A stretch of 64,000 bases of DNA. Origin: Octopus sinensis. Lineage: Eukaryota. Positions 12,690 to 26,156 of this stretch are shown in pieces (position 1 is the first letter of the stretch; the number at the start of each line of letters is the position of its first letter). The stretch is from NCBI RefSeq assembly GCF_006345805.1, contig NC_043003.1, positions 57,288,001 through 57,352,000 of the forward strand, given 5' to 3'. The notes under the pieces are model-generated. The model ran no database searches, was not told the origin of the DNA, and saw only the letters and a program-made list of their open reading frames with translations. The position numbers and the translations under genes were made by a program.

Positions 12690-12990
12690 TTTTTCAGTTG
12701 TCTTATTTTTTCACGTGCTTTCACTGCACTATCGAGTGCAGCTCTCTGTGGCTTGGGCACGTGCTATGGTATTTTGTGATGCTCTTGTGGTTACTGTATT
12801 GAAAGTGTTTTATGTAGGATGTGTGAAGTGCCTAGTAGTGATATTTTCTGTATGTTATATATATTTGTTAGTCCTGGTACTGGTACTGGTGTTTTGTTAT
12901 GTATTTATCTGAATATTTTATTATCATACCTAATGCGCCCACTATGATTGGAATTGTGTCTTTTTTTAGACTCCACATTCGAGTTACCCC
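12690..12990 (-). mobile_element. R4/Dong-like LINE 3' end with AAT tail
   Basis: Minus strand reads TIPIIVGALG...NIQKISLLGTSHILHKTLSIQ*, then a short 3' UTR ending in (AAC)(AAT)n. Confidence 0.75.
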
Positions 12991-13040
12991 GCCATTATCA
13001 TTATTATTATTATTATATTATTATTATTATTATTATTATT

Positions 13041-13558
13041 GAGTTATGCCATCAAAGTGACACTGGGGTCAAATATACAAAGCCCAGTATACCCATCTGA
13101 TAAGGGTACACCGGGCATATGCATCACAACCATATGAGCGCGACATGATGATCTCATATCAAGATAAACAGTACATAACCTTGTGGGTGGGGCCCAGTTA
13201 GAATTTTCTTTAGGTCGAGTAGCCTATCCAGCGCAAAAGATCTCTCAATAAGGGTTGTTTAAGGATGTTTTCCAAGGGTGAATTATCGAAACCCCAAAGA
13301 ATTCGTCTCGGCACACGGCTGTGATGCTCCCCCACTGCTTCTGCTCGTGATCATCGATGCACATATCGTCAGCCACTAAGGGACATAATTAATTGGTTAA
13401 GGTCAAGCTACTAACAAGCAAATCTGTGGTACTGAGCAGAATATTTGCCGTAGACCATTTTTTTAATTCCAAGACAAAACAATATACATGATAACACTTC
13501 CAATCAGTTAAGGTCAGAAGCCATTAGCGCCACTGTCTGGTACTGCATCAAGGCATTT
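13041..13558 (-). mobile_element. ~520-bp non-coding interspersed repeat inserted in (TAA)n (family T)
   Basis: Homologous to 39798-40310 (+) and 52900-53388 (-). Flanked by ATT repeats on both sides. Confidence 0.75.
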
Positions 13559-14285
13559 ATTATTATTATTATCATTGACATTATCATTATTAATAAAATC
13601 ATACTAATTGTCAACAATAATGAGGAGGAGGAGAATAATAATAATAATAATAATATTAGTAATAATAATAAGTTGTTTACTATAAACGTTTTCCACTATT
13701 AGCCAAAAAAGCAATTACTATAATTTTCCCAATTTTTCTTTCTTCTCACACTTTCTTCTTATCTCTGTCCCACTACCCACCTCTTTTTGGCTCTCTCTTT
13801 CTCTCCCCGTATCTGCCTCTCTCTCTATTACTCTCTCTCTCTCTCGATTCCTCTCTCTTTCTCTCTCTCTCTCCCTCAACTCCTGTTCGTTACTTACGTA
13901 ATCACTCTTCTGAGCTCACCTGTAGTTTTTTCATACGTTTTGTTTCTGTCATGTTTTACAATACTGCGTTCAATATTGATTGATTTATCGTTTTACACAT
14001 TGATCTTCAATGTTTTCAATAATCTCTTTATTCTCTCATCCCGCCGCCACACATGCACACGCAATCCACACACACACAATCCACGTGCACACATGCGCAC
14101 ACATACACTCTGTATCTACCCCTCACTCTCTCTCCTATTTTATTTTCCTCGGGTTTTTCCTCTCTATCAGTATTCAAATGTATTCAAAATTATTGAAGTC
14201 CGACTGCTTCTGTTGTTGGGGATGTAACTTGATATTCACCTGCGTATTTTGCCATATACAAATACATGCATCAACAGACACGACG

Positions 14286-14329
<44 letters not shown>

Positions 14330-14439
14330 GCGTGGTATGTATTATATAAATATATCTGTGCATATCTATATCTATACTATACATCCCTACCTATATCTAT
14401 GTGTACATATATATATATATCTATATATATGTATATATC

Positions 14440-14519
<80 letters not shown>

Positions 14520-14889
14520 ATGTATATATTGCACATACTACATATATTGGATATATGAAAAATGTGTAACTTTGATAAATGTGTAGTTTTTTTATTTCAA
14601 AGCTTTAGCTATGAAGATTGCTGCCGATGTGAAAACATTGTATAATGTCATTGCATATATCATATTGTAATGATGAACTCATATGAGAAAAGTACTACTC
14701 AGTTGCTATCGATTATATGACGTTTTATGTGTGCATACGTATGAGTGTATCGTGTGTACGTGTGTGTGTGTATGTGTGTGTGTATACATGTGCATAACCG
14801 TTTATCTACAATCAGGTTAAACCCTATAAGACAATTCTGAGATCCACCTGATAGAAAGTACTCGAGAGACCTGCATGTCCTGACCACTT

Positions 14890-15155
14890 TAAGTATGACG
14901 GACTATCCTTTTCGTGGACGACGTATGAGCATTCAGCTTTTGCCGAACGACCTGCACAAATGATTTGTTTATAGTGGTAAAATGTTTGTGTCACACATTA
15001 GCTCTCCCAAATAGGCGTTGTCTGAACAGAGGTACAGTATACCAGGCACCAGGTGTCGATTGATGACAGAGCAACATGTGTTTTGCTCAAGACCACAATG
15101 CACTACCCGATATCCACACGATATCGCACTCGTAAGCGCAACACCCTTACCGTGA
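14890..15155 (-). mobile_element. Degenerate CORE-like tRNA SINE (family C)
   Basis: ttttgctcaagaccacaatgc... matches the copy at 29860-29960. Confidence 0.5.
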
Positions 15156-15737
15156 GTTCAAGTATATAATACAATAATTTCAAAATTGTGTGAAAGCTGC
15201 TTTTGTTATCATTGTACACTGGAATTTTGCATCAACAGCGATGTTAAACAAGTCTATATACTCGATGCCATCATGTTTGCTATGGGTAGGTGATAATCAG
15301 CGAGCGAAAATCCAGGCATGGGATTACCGTTCCATACAGATATAGCAATGCATTATTCAACCTATGACAACTGGAATTAATTTTTTAAATCCATCACCTC
15401 ATACTATGGTCTCTTAGCAACAATATGGCACCGATAATGCTGTGTCAAGTGATACTGAATTATACAAACAAAACGACTTCGATAGATTTTTTCGCACTTA
15501 CTTATACGAAAGAGGAGGATCATAGGTCAGTATCCTTCAGAATATAAAGCGAGAGAAGGAGAGAGAGAGAGAACTGTTCAAATAACTCTATTCCAGGTGA
15601 AATACTTTCATCCTTCAGCTACCTCGCAAGCAAATTGTTGAACCTCTATTCTCACGAACATAACATTAACAACCTAACGCTTTGTTCCCTCCAAGATGTT
15701 TTTTGATCTGACACTTACACGCTATTATTTATGCGAT

Positions 15738-16570
15738 GTAAGGCGGTGAGCTGGCAGAAACGTTAACACGCCGGGCGAAATGCGTAGCCGTATTCGTCTG
15801 CCGTTACGTTCTGAGTTCAAATTCCGCCGAGGTCGACTTTGCCTTTTATCCTTTCGGGGTCGATAAATTAAGTACCAGTTACTCACTGGGGTCGATGTAA
15901 TCGACTTAATCCCTTTGTCTGTCCTTGTTTGTCCCCTCTGTGTTTAGCCCCTTGTGGGTAGTAAAGAAATAGGTATTTCGTCTGCCTTTACGTTCTGTGT
16001 CCAAATTCCGCCAGGGTCGACTATGCCTTTCATCCTTTCGGGGTCGATAAATTAAGTACCATTTGCGTACTGGGGTCAATCTAATCGACTGGCCCCCTCC
16101 CCAAAAATTTCGGGCCTTGGGCCTAGAGTAGAAAAAATTCTTTATGCGATTTTCTGGAAGAATCTTTACACACCCGGGAAAAACGTTTAGTATTTCGTTT
16201 GTCTTTACATTCTGCGTTAAGTTCCACATAGGTCAACTTCACCCTTTATCCTTTCGGGATAAAATAAATACCATTTGCGCACTGGGATTGGTGTAATCGA
16301 TTTGTCCCTTTCACACAAAATCAGGCCTTGTGCCCCTAATAGAAAGAACTATTTATGCGGTGCATTGGGATAATCGTTTTCGCACCGGACAAAGCGCTCA
16401 ACATTTCGTCAGCCTTTACTTCCTGCATTCAAATTCCAACAAGGTAGACTTTGCCTTTTATCCTTTCGGGGTTGATAAAATAAATAGCAGCTGAGCACTG
16501 GAGTCGAAATATCGACATACACTCAAAGCCCCAAAACTTCAAGCCTTGTGTCAATAGAAGAAAGGATTTA
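15738..16570 (+). mobile_element. Tandem cluster of four SINE family B units
   Basis: Repeated gttcaaattccgccgaggtcgactttgccttttatcctttcggggtcgataaattaagtacc core. tttatgcgat at 15728-15737 and 16141-16150 brackets the first two units like a TSD. Confidence 0.8.
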
Positions 16571-16879
16571 TGAATTTACCTACTTCGAGTTCAACTGTTA
16601 AAAACGAATTATTTCATGTTCTCTCGAAGTTTCTAAACTTCTTGCTACGTAATTCCTCGGTTGTATTTAATCGAACTCGAAATAATGAAAGGCATGGTAA
16701 TCTTCGGTGGAATTTGAACTAACAAAGGAGAGAACCGAAACGAAATTTCTCTAACGGCTCCGCATATACATGTCTGATATGAAGGAGGTGGTAGCCTGTA
16801 ATCCAGAGAGATGTATATTAGAGCGAGAATGAATGTATCAGCTGTATCAGGTTCTCTCTATATATATGTCAGTATGACA

Positions 16880-17410
16880 AAGGTTTGGGGTACCACTCAA
16901 AAAATACATTTTTAACTACGATTATCTGAGACACAGAACGAAGGATATGACGTGTCGAGCAGCTGTACTCTCTTCATTGCCAGATGACTGCGAAAATTGG
17001 ACAAAATACCAGCATTCAACTATGTTGCCTTGAGAGATTTCATCGAGCACAATTGCGATCTGTCTTAACACTCAGATAGGGTGAGTTTATTACAAAGAAC
17101 GATGTAGTCACAAAACAGAACAAAACTGAATAAATAAATACAGCAGATTCCATAACAGTCATTGAACAAAAAAATATTAACTCTGATGGTTAATGCATTT
17201 CAAAAGTATATCGCATACAAAAGAATGCAAACAAATATTGCACTTCTGAACTTAGAGGAGGACATCACCCAAGAGATGCACCTCAGAAATGTGTTTGTGA
17301 CTTGATAAAGATCATGGCCTCCTTCAACGTCAAACGCATCAATCAGGAAGATAAAGCTGAACACCGGAAGAATAGAAGGCAGACATGCAGAAATGGAGGT
17401 ATTGCTACCA
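16880..17410 (+). mobile_element. RTE (BovB-like) LINE 3' coding remnant
   Basis: RAAVLSSLPDDCENW, LERFHRAQLRSVLTLR* and ELRGGHHPRDAPQK...EDKAEHRKNRR resemble the RTE ORF C-terminus. Heavily decayed. Confidence 0.6.
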
Positions 17411-17656
17411 ACGTACATGTACTCATAAAACCGATGCTGTACATACTTGTATATGAGTATGTCTCGATATTTGTGTGTACGTGTGTGTCTGAGTGCTCGA
17501 GTGAGTGTGTGTGTGTGTCTGTGTGTGTGTGTGTGTGCGTGTATGAAGAAATATGTATGTATGTAATATATATATATATGTATGTGTGTGTATGTATATA
17601 TGTATGTATGCATGTATGCGTATATGTATGGTTATACATATATATATCAATAGAAA

Positions 17657-17699
<43 letters not shown>

Positions 17700-18254
17700 A
17701 TATATATTCATTTATAGGCACACACACACAGAGCCTGGCACAGAGAGATTGACAGATAGATATGCATATATATACATATGCATACACACCCGCACATACA
17801 AACACACACACACACACACGCACGCACACACGCACAAATATATTTAAACATTACGCGCAAAGATACATCCATATATACCTACATGTATGTACATGTATAT
17901 ACACTTACGTGCGCGACTGTCTGTGTTTGTATATGTATCTATGAGTGTGTGTGTTTGTGCAGCATGTGTGTGTGTGTTCGTACATGCGTGCGTGCGAGTG
18001 TGTGTGTGTGTGTGTGTGTGCGATTGTGCAGTGGTGTATATATGTTTGTGAATATCTACTTCCGAATATGCTACGTATATATTTATGTTTGGTAAACGGT
18101 AAAAATCTAGATGACATTTGATTTCCAAACAGGATATGAATGCTCGTTTTTTTTTCTTATGATCACATGACTTCTTTCACTAAATTTAAAAGTAGCAGCA
18201 GCAACAGCAACAGCAGCAGCAGCAGCAGCAGCGGTAGTGGTTGTAGTAGTGGTT

Positions 18255-18299
<45 letters not shown>

Positions 18300-19409
18300 T
18301 ATACAAATCATAAAATACTTTCACTGAAATCTCAAATCTGTCTCATCAAACGTACAAAAAATTATGACTACTGACTTCTGTTGCTGTTTGCTTGCTTTTT
18401 GTTGTTGTTGTAGTAGTAAAAGTTTTTGTTGTTGTTGTTCAAGTTGGTTTTAAAATGGAAGCCGAACATATACAGCAAATTAAAAAAAGATGAAAGAAAA
18501 GAGTGCAAGAAAAAAACATGCAACAAAATTAAATACAATCTAAAAAAAAAGATTATGATTTCAAAATATGTACAAAATAGATGATAAAACAACAATAAAA
18601 GAAAGACGCTAATACTGCTACTAATAATAATAATGACGATGACGATGATGATGATGACGACGATGATGATGACGACGACGACGACGATGGTGATGATGAT
18701 GATGACGACGACGACGACGACGACGACGATGATGGTGATTTTGATGATGAAGATTTCAAACTTTGGCACGAAGCCAGCAATTTCGGCAAAGGTGGGGGAG
18801 AGGTAAGTCGGTTACGTTGACCCCCAGAGTTCAACTGGTACTTATCTGATAAGTAAATTCAACATCAGTGTAAATTGGGGCATAGAAGTGACAGACGGAC
18901 TAAATGCCGCTAACACGTTTTGATCGGCAACCTAATGATTCTGCCAGTCTATGTATATATATATATATATGTATGTCTGTATGTATGTACGAATATGTGT
19001 ATGTATATGTGTGCGTATATGTACGTGCGTGTGTGTGTATGTGTGTGTGCGTGTGTGTATCTTTAAATGACACATTAGACAAAAATTCTAAAATAATATT
19101 ATTGTTTAGTATTATAAATTTAAATTTATGATATTATTATTATTATTATTAAATATAATAATCTCAATATTCATAATGTATTCGCTATACAGTAATGAAG
19201 AAATCTATAACATATATACCAAATATACCAAACTTTATATGTATGTTAGCGTGGGGGGGGGGGCATTTGGCTTGTAAGATTCTTGATGGGAATTTGAGTG
19301 TTGAAGCAAATCTTGTAATGACTTGCGAGGGTTATTATGCCAGTAATAACAGTGCGTATGTTTATTGTTATTGGCGTAATGATTCTCCCATGAAACAACA
19401 ATATATAAT

Positions 19410-19458
<49 letters not shown>

Positions 19459-19460
19459 TG

Positions 19461-19491
<31 letters not shown>

Positions 19492-19500
19492 TGTGTGTAT

Positions 19501-20172
19501 TGTGTGGTAAGTAGCACGCTTACTAACTACATGGCTCCGGGTTCATTCCCACTGCGTGGCACCTTGGGCAAGTGTCTTCTACTATAGCCTTGGGCCGACC
19601 AAAGCCTTATGAGTGGATTTGGTAGACGGAAACCGAAAGAAGTCCGTCGTATGTATGTATATTTATATATATGTATGTGTGTGTGTATGTATTTCTTTAT
19701 TGCCCACAGGCGGCTAAACATAGAGGGGACAAACAAGGACAGACAAAGGGATTAAGTCAATTACATCGACCCCAGTGCGTAACTGGTACTTATTTAATCG
19801 ACCCCGAAAGGATGAAAGGCAAAGTCGACCTCGGCGGAATTTGAACTCAGAACGTAGCGGCAGACGAAATACGGCTACACATTTCGCCCGGCGTGCTAAC
19901 GTTTCTGCCAGCTCGCCGCCTTAATGTGTGTGTGTGTGTGTGTTTGTGTATGTGTGTGTATATGTTTGTGTGTCTTTATTTGTCCCCCCCCCAACATCGC
20001 TTTACAACCGATGGTGGTGTGTTTACGTCCCCGTAACTTAGCGTTTCGGAAAAAGGACCCGATAAAATAAGTACTAGGCGTCCAAAGAATAAGTTCTGGT
20101 GTAGATTTGCTCGACTAAAAGCAGTGCTCCAGCATGGCCGCAGTTAAATGACTGAAACGAGTAAAGATAAAA
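19501..20172 (+). mobile_element. SINE family A with a nested family B copy
   Basis: Head 19501-19650 and tail 19975-20172 are separated by a microsatellite that contains a minus-strand family B copy. Confidence 0.85.
19690..19922 (-). mobile_element. SINE family B, young copy
   Basis: Near-identical reverse complement of 15740-15972. Confidence 0.85.
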
Positions 20173-20731
20173 GATATATATATATATATATATACTATAT
20201 ATATATTATATATCTCCATGTAGAAATGTAGAATGATGAAACGATCGTAAACGATGTATTAAAACGATTTGCTACTGGTTTTCTTATATGTTTATATGTA
20301 ATGTATATACTTATATACATATATATATATAAATACACACACACACACACATATATATATAAGATATATGTATATATATATATATAATATATATCTATCT
20401 AGATATAATATATATTATATATATATATATATATATACAGATCATATACATGCATATGCATAATAATCAACCGAAAGAATCCACAAGGTTCTTAATCCAT
20501 ATCACTGACACAACACCTTACTCCACACATCTACAATCTCTACTGAACAATTCGGTAGCGTCACACATAGTTGTACACATGAATTTACCGACCAACAAAT
20601 CCATGTCCAACTGATATATATACGCTGCACCATGCTGTAACTATGACAGTGTAGTACTACTACGCCTTTGACAAAGTTGTCAATAGGTGGATCATGGAAT
20701 TATTAGTCATGGGTATGTCACTACCAACAAT

Positions 20732-20975
20732 GTTGAGGCGTGTGGTTTAGTGGATAGTTTGTTGGTCTCATGATTGTAATATTGTAGTTTCGATTCTTGG
20801 ACTGGGCGACGCGTTGTTTTCTTGAGCTAAACATTTTATTTCATGTTGCTCTATTGCGTTCATCTGAAAAAAATGAGTAATACTGCTACAGACCGGCGTC
20901 CGCCATGAAACCGGGAAACTGGCCCTCGTGAGTCGGTATGACAGGTGAAGGTAATTTTACCTTTCTTTTTTATCT
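20732..20975 (+). mobile_element. CORE-like tRNA SINE (family C) with 11-bp TSD
   Basis: Head has A/B-box-like tggtttagtgg and gtttcgattc. TSD ctaccaacaat at 20721-20731 and 20976-20986. Confidence 0.75.
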
Positions 20976-21476
20976 CTACCAACAATAAATAAGAGCCTTA
21001 AATATGTAATGAATAAATTTGATAAATTTCAGTGAAGCACAAAGAAAACAAATTAGAAGTGGAATCCAAATTAATCTGTGGAACCCTCTTTATGGTGACG
21101 TAAGAAGAGGAAAACGTCGCCAAACTTACATCGCCAAATTCTTTAGAGACACTGATCTGGAATCTATCCAGGTCTTCGAGGTAATTATAATGGACTGAGA
21201 AGTGTTGCGGGAGGACTGTGTTGCTGCGGCCCTAATAATAAAAAAATATATAAAAAAAACAGTGTAATAATCCAAGGAAATTCTCTTTCCCTACTAATAT
21301 ACCAATATCTTAAACTATATTGAACACGTATAAACGCTATGATCAACAATATACTATCTTTATATACAGATGTACGATTTAGATGATAAACAACAAATAA
21401 TACCACCCCAGACAGTATACGAATTTAGAAGACCAATTGATGTAGAATTTCAGCTAGAAACCTTGCCAATGCAATC

Positions 21477-21697
21477 CAGTAGTTTGCAATTGGGGACCAT
21501 ATGGCTCTTGGTGGTCCATATAAGATTTTGTTAAAATTTATGCACAATCTATAGGTTATACTTCTACAACGCACAAAACATTTTAATAATTATGTTTATA
21601 CAGTTTCTAATTATATCTAATTATAAAAAATATACTATGATTTTTTTAAACATCGAATGGCCAGGCAATAGGTAAAAAAAATGGTTGAGAAACACTA
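21477..21697. mobile_element. hAT (Charlie-like) MITE with 8-bp TSD
   Basis: Ends cagtagtttgcaa / ttgagaaacacta. TSD atgcaatc at 21469-21476 and 21698-21705. Confidence 0.75.
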
Positions 21698-22855
21698 ATG
21701 CAATCTCAAAGAGTTGTAAATCCAAAAAACGTAACATTATATTATCAGATAATGAAACATAAGTGAATGAGATCAACGCAGATTTATATATTCTAAGGAA
21801 ACTATGAACGAAACAAAGTACAACAAAAGTTTATTAAAGAATGTTACAGACACATTAGATAAATACTTAAAACAGAACTAATTGTAAAAGAAAAAAAAAT
21901 TAATGTTACAAATATCAGTATTTTAGCTGTGTCCAAGTAATAACTTATAGCTGTAATGTTCTGAAATGAACGTTAATTTAATTTATAAGAACTAGACTGG
22001 AAAGCGAAAAAATTAATGCACAGGTGTCTGAGAATGTGCGACCGAGACCGTCGACGTGGCAATAAATGATGCACGCAATCATCAGGATGACGGATGGTAA
22101 AAATGTACAGAGTTGTGTGTGTGGGGAAAATGGCGTCTGTAATAAAGACATATCTATTATGGCTGAATGTGAATTTGATTAAGTTCAATGAGTCTGCTAA
22201 TGGCGTCGACGGATCTGTCAGTGCGTCAGAGAAAAGACGGGATGTAGTTTTGCTGGTTTTAAACAGATGCAAGTACACATTAAATAAAACACATTGTATG
22301 ATAGAAACATAAGCATAAAGAATAATTTACAGTTACACCCAAATTTTGCTGCACTACTTATTTGGAAGAGTACATTCTTCAACTATACACTTATATCTAC
22401 TATTAACTGCGTAAAGTAGTTTCTTTATGATTGTGTGCGTATCTATATGCGTGCTAGTTTGTATATATACATGCATATATGTGTAAATATATATATATAA
22501 ATATATATATAAATATATATGCACATACATACATCTATATACACATAACACATACACACACATATATAAATATATATATATATATTAGGGTAAAATTAAT
22601 TAATCGATAATAAATAATTTTACTAAGTAGTTCGGTATGTTAAAAGAACCATTATCGGTAACATTATACAAAAATTTTATAATTATAAGCATAATTATAA
22701 TTAGCGTTCAGCAAAAATTTCTTCACCACATAGCGAAATTTAGTAATAGCAGTTAAATACTATTCCACTACCATAAGATATCTCCCAGACAGTAATACTC
22801 TCAACTCCCGCAGGTAAAGAGAAAAAAATAACGAATCCACCCGGGTTTGATTAAC

Positions 22856-22935
22856 TGTATACGCGTTTCTGGGTTAAAGAAATGTAAAAAGATGTAAAAT
22901 AATATTTCTACTCACATACTCCCGTCATCAGTGTA
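22856..22935 (-). ncRNA. Type I hammerhead-like motif, left palindrome arm
   Basis: Minus strand reads CTGATGA-cggg...ccca-GAAA-cgcg-TA, with palindromic ACGCGT. Stem I is weak. Confidence 0.55.
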
Positions 22936-23059
22936 GTATTTCAATTTTAAATTTAAGAGCGCTGACAATTAGCATACGTACTCGACCAAGCGCCATCGAT
23001 GGCGCTTGGTCGAGTACGTATGTTAATTATCAGCGCTCTCAAATTTAAAATTGAAATAA

Positions 23060-23135
23060 TATACTGACGACGGGAGTGAGTAGAAATATGGTTTTACATC
23101 TTTTTACATCTCTTTAACCCCAAAACGCGTATACA
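23060..23135 (+). ncRNA. Type I hammerhead-like motif, right palindrome arm (GAAA mutated)
   Basis: CTGACGA-cggg...cccc-AAAA-cgcg-TA. Confidence 0.4.
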
Positions 23136-23761
23136 GTTAATCAAAGCCGAGTGGATTCCTTATTTTTTTCTCTTTACCTGCGTGAGTTGTGAGTATTACT
23201 GTCTGGTAGATATCTTATGGTAGTGGAATAGTATTTAATTGCTATTTCTAAATTTCGCTATGTGGTGAAGCAATTTTTGCTGAACCCTAATTAGCATTAA
23301 TCGTGACAGTTTCAGAGGCGTTTTTAAGAAGTAATCGAATTCTTCCGTAAACACCACTACTGGAACCTTCCTTATGTTGAATCTGGAACTTCCATTGTAT
23401 CGTGAAACTGCATGCCGGCGTGCATGGGTATATAATTTCAAGTACTTGTATATCTATACTTAAGTGTATATTTCTGTGTGCACATACATGTATGTGTAAC
23501 TCTATGAATAGACACCCATATATGCATGGGCCTATGCGGTTGTGGTTGTGTGTGATTTTTGTGTCTATCCTCATCTATATTCATAAAATATTGGCCCACG
23601 ACCGAAAGAGCCCGATCGTAAAAAGAAGTGGCCGAAACGGGAGCCCTCTGAAGAATCTCACTATTCGACAGGGTTACATATCTGGAAGATCAAAGAGTTT
23701 CTTCACATCGAGCAGCAGCCTCTTCGCTTCGATAGGTTACACCTTCACGTTCTACTGACAT

Positions 23762-24018
23762 GTTAGTTAGTTAGTTAGTTAGTTAATTTGGCTCAAAAGC
23801 AAATAGCAAGGCCATGTAGGGGGACATGGAGTTAAGTACAGGGTGGTGTTCATGTAAAGAGTTCAGGCCACTTGAGGTCCAGGGAGGCTTTGAACAAAGC
23901 GGTCGTCGGCATCTTCACCATCTCGTCTGGCAGCTTGTTCCACGGATCCGCAACCCGGACGGAGAAAGCTCCTCTCCTTCGATTGAGATGAAATCGTCGC
24001 AGGTAGAGCTTTTCGGAA
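23762..24018 (-). mobile_element. CR1/L2-group LINE 3' end with (TAAC)n tail
   Basis: ORF 23850-24071 contains HSEKL...RRGAFSVRVADPWNKLPDEMVKMPTTALFKASLD, the typical CR1-group ORF2 terminus. (GTTA)n on + at 23762-23785. Confidence 0.8.
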
Positions 24019-24336
24019 TGTTTGTTCCTATTTAAATGTCGTGGGAAAGAATCGCAAGACGGATTGTTCAAGATGAACTAACCGGCAGGACACCTGGCTG
24101 TTGAGCAATAACGAGATGATTGGATAACTTAGGAAGTCTCAGTTATTGACACTTATTTACCCTACCGGAAAGTCTAATGATGGTTGCTTCTGATGAGACT
24201 TTATGGAGGAAGTGCCTGAGGACTCTACGTCCACGACGTAGGAATACAAATAATAGTTAGTGAATAGAGTGACGGTTGGGTAGTTGCTTACTCGAGCAAG
24301 AATGAGTTGACCCAGAGTTAAATAGGAACAAACATT
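24017..24336. mobile_element. Candidate 320-bp element with 19-bp perfect terminal inverted repeats
   Basis: aatgtttgttcctatttaa (24017-24035) versus ttaaataggaacaaacatt (24318-24336). No TSD recognisable. Confidence 0.45.
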
Positions 24337-25514
24337 TCTATTGCTTTATAATATTTACTTTTGAAAGCTTGTTGTTATGAATGGGTTCGATCTCCCTGCA
24401 TAGCTCATTGCTCAAGTATTTTTTCTTTTTATCATGATTTTCGGTTGACTAGTACGGCGGAAGTGAAAGTCGGCTGGTATTATCGAGCAGCTTGCAATAA
24501 TATATATATTATATGTGTGTGTATATAAACATACATATCTACATCTATTATCACTATTTGACTATATTTCGAGCTACCGACTTTGATAACTAACTATTAA
24601 TACTATCTATTATAACAGCCAAACATCTAAAGGAAATCAATGTGTGTTAATATTTTTCTATTGGATTTCGTTGTTATTATTACTTCTTTTTTTTTCTCTT
24701 TGACTGTTGCATTTATGACTCATTTCGTTTTTCGTATAACTTAGGCCTCGCTGATCATATGATATGTCAAATACTTCTTGCTTGCGTATTAAATAACCAA
24801 ATAAATTGCTTAAGAAATAATTTGGTCAGAAGAGCGAATAGCCTATATTCATACATACATACATACATACAAACATACATACATATACATACATGTACAT
24901 GTATATATATATGTATATATATATATATATAATATATATATATATTATATATATATATATACACATATATATACATATATATGTATGTATGCATATATAT
25001 ATATATGTAGACATATACATACACATACACACACATATATACATATATGAATAGGCACATACACTCACACACATATATACATATAAATTAATACATATAT
25101 GCGTGTGTGTGTGCGTAGTTATGTATGTATATAGAGAGATATATAGATAGATACATACATACATTTACATGTATGTATATATATATATAGATATATATAC
25201 ATATATATATACATACACATATTGACATATATATATATGAATAGGTACATAATAGGCACATATATGAATAGGTACATAAATACACACATACATATATACA
25301 TAAATGAATACATATATGCGTATGCGTGCGCAGGTACGTATGTATGCATATAGATAGACAGATAGACAAAGACAGAGAGAGGGGGGAGATGCATACATGC
25401 ATAAATACTTAAATATAGAGAAAAACAGAGAGAGAAAGAAAAAGAGAGAGAGAGAGAATGAGAGAGATGTATGGGTTTGTATAAACAATATTGATGATAG
25501 ATCTTCATCAAATA

Positions 25515-25760
25515 CCGGTGTGGCTGTGTGGTAAGAAGCTTGTTTTCCAACCACCTGGTTCCGGGTTCAGTCCTACTGTATAGCACCTTGGAAAAGTGTC
25601 TTCTACTATAGCCTCGGGTCGACCAAAACCTTGTGAGTGGATATGGTAGACGGAAACTGAAAGAAGCCCGTCGTACCGGAAAGGTTTTGTTGTCTTACCA
25701 TTTCTATCCATATATATGTGTGTGTGTTTCTGTCTGTCTGTCTGTCTCCCACAAACATCG
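25515..25760 (+). mobile_element. SINE family A, 5' part
   Basis: Head tggctgtgtggtaag...gggttcagtcc and body to gaagcccgtcg. Confidence 0.8.
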
Positions 25761-26049
25761 CTTAATTACAAAACTATCGATATTATACTCTTACAGATCT
25801 ACGAAGGCAAAACTTTATTAGTGGGGGGGGGCCTTATCGATTATATGGAACCCAGTAGTTGACTGCTATTAATTCGAACACCCGAGTCTTCAAAGATGGA
25901 GAGAAGCATCTATTGATAGATCGATCGATTTTTGCATGTACCGTTATATCTATCAATTTATAAATTGATCTTTCTACCCACTTATTATCTAGTTATCTAT
26001 TTCGTGATTTATCTATATGCATGTCTGTGTCTATATGTATATATATATG

Positions 26050-26106
<57 letters not shown>

Positions 26107-26156
26107 ATATATATATAATATATATATATATATATTTAAGAATGTGGTTGCATATA

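Larger units (their letters stand above)
22698..23293. repeat. ~600-bp spacerless palindrome, each arm carrying a hammerhead-like motif
   Basis: Centre at 22997/22998 (gaccaagcgccatc|gatggcgcttggtc). Arms of ~300 bp align in inverted orientation with scattered mismatches. Confidence 0.92.

Noticed and set aside
20230-20255. GAAACGATCGTA hammerhead 3' half
   Set aside because: The 5' core is absent (truncated at a TA tract), so it cannot be called.
24185-24215. CTGATGA followed by a short hairpin
   Set aside because: No GAAA or stem III follows.
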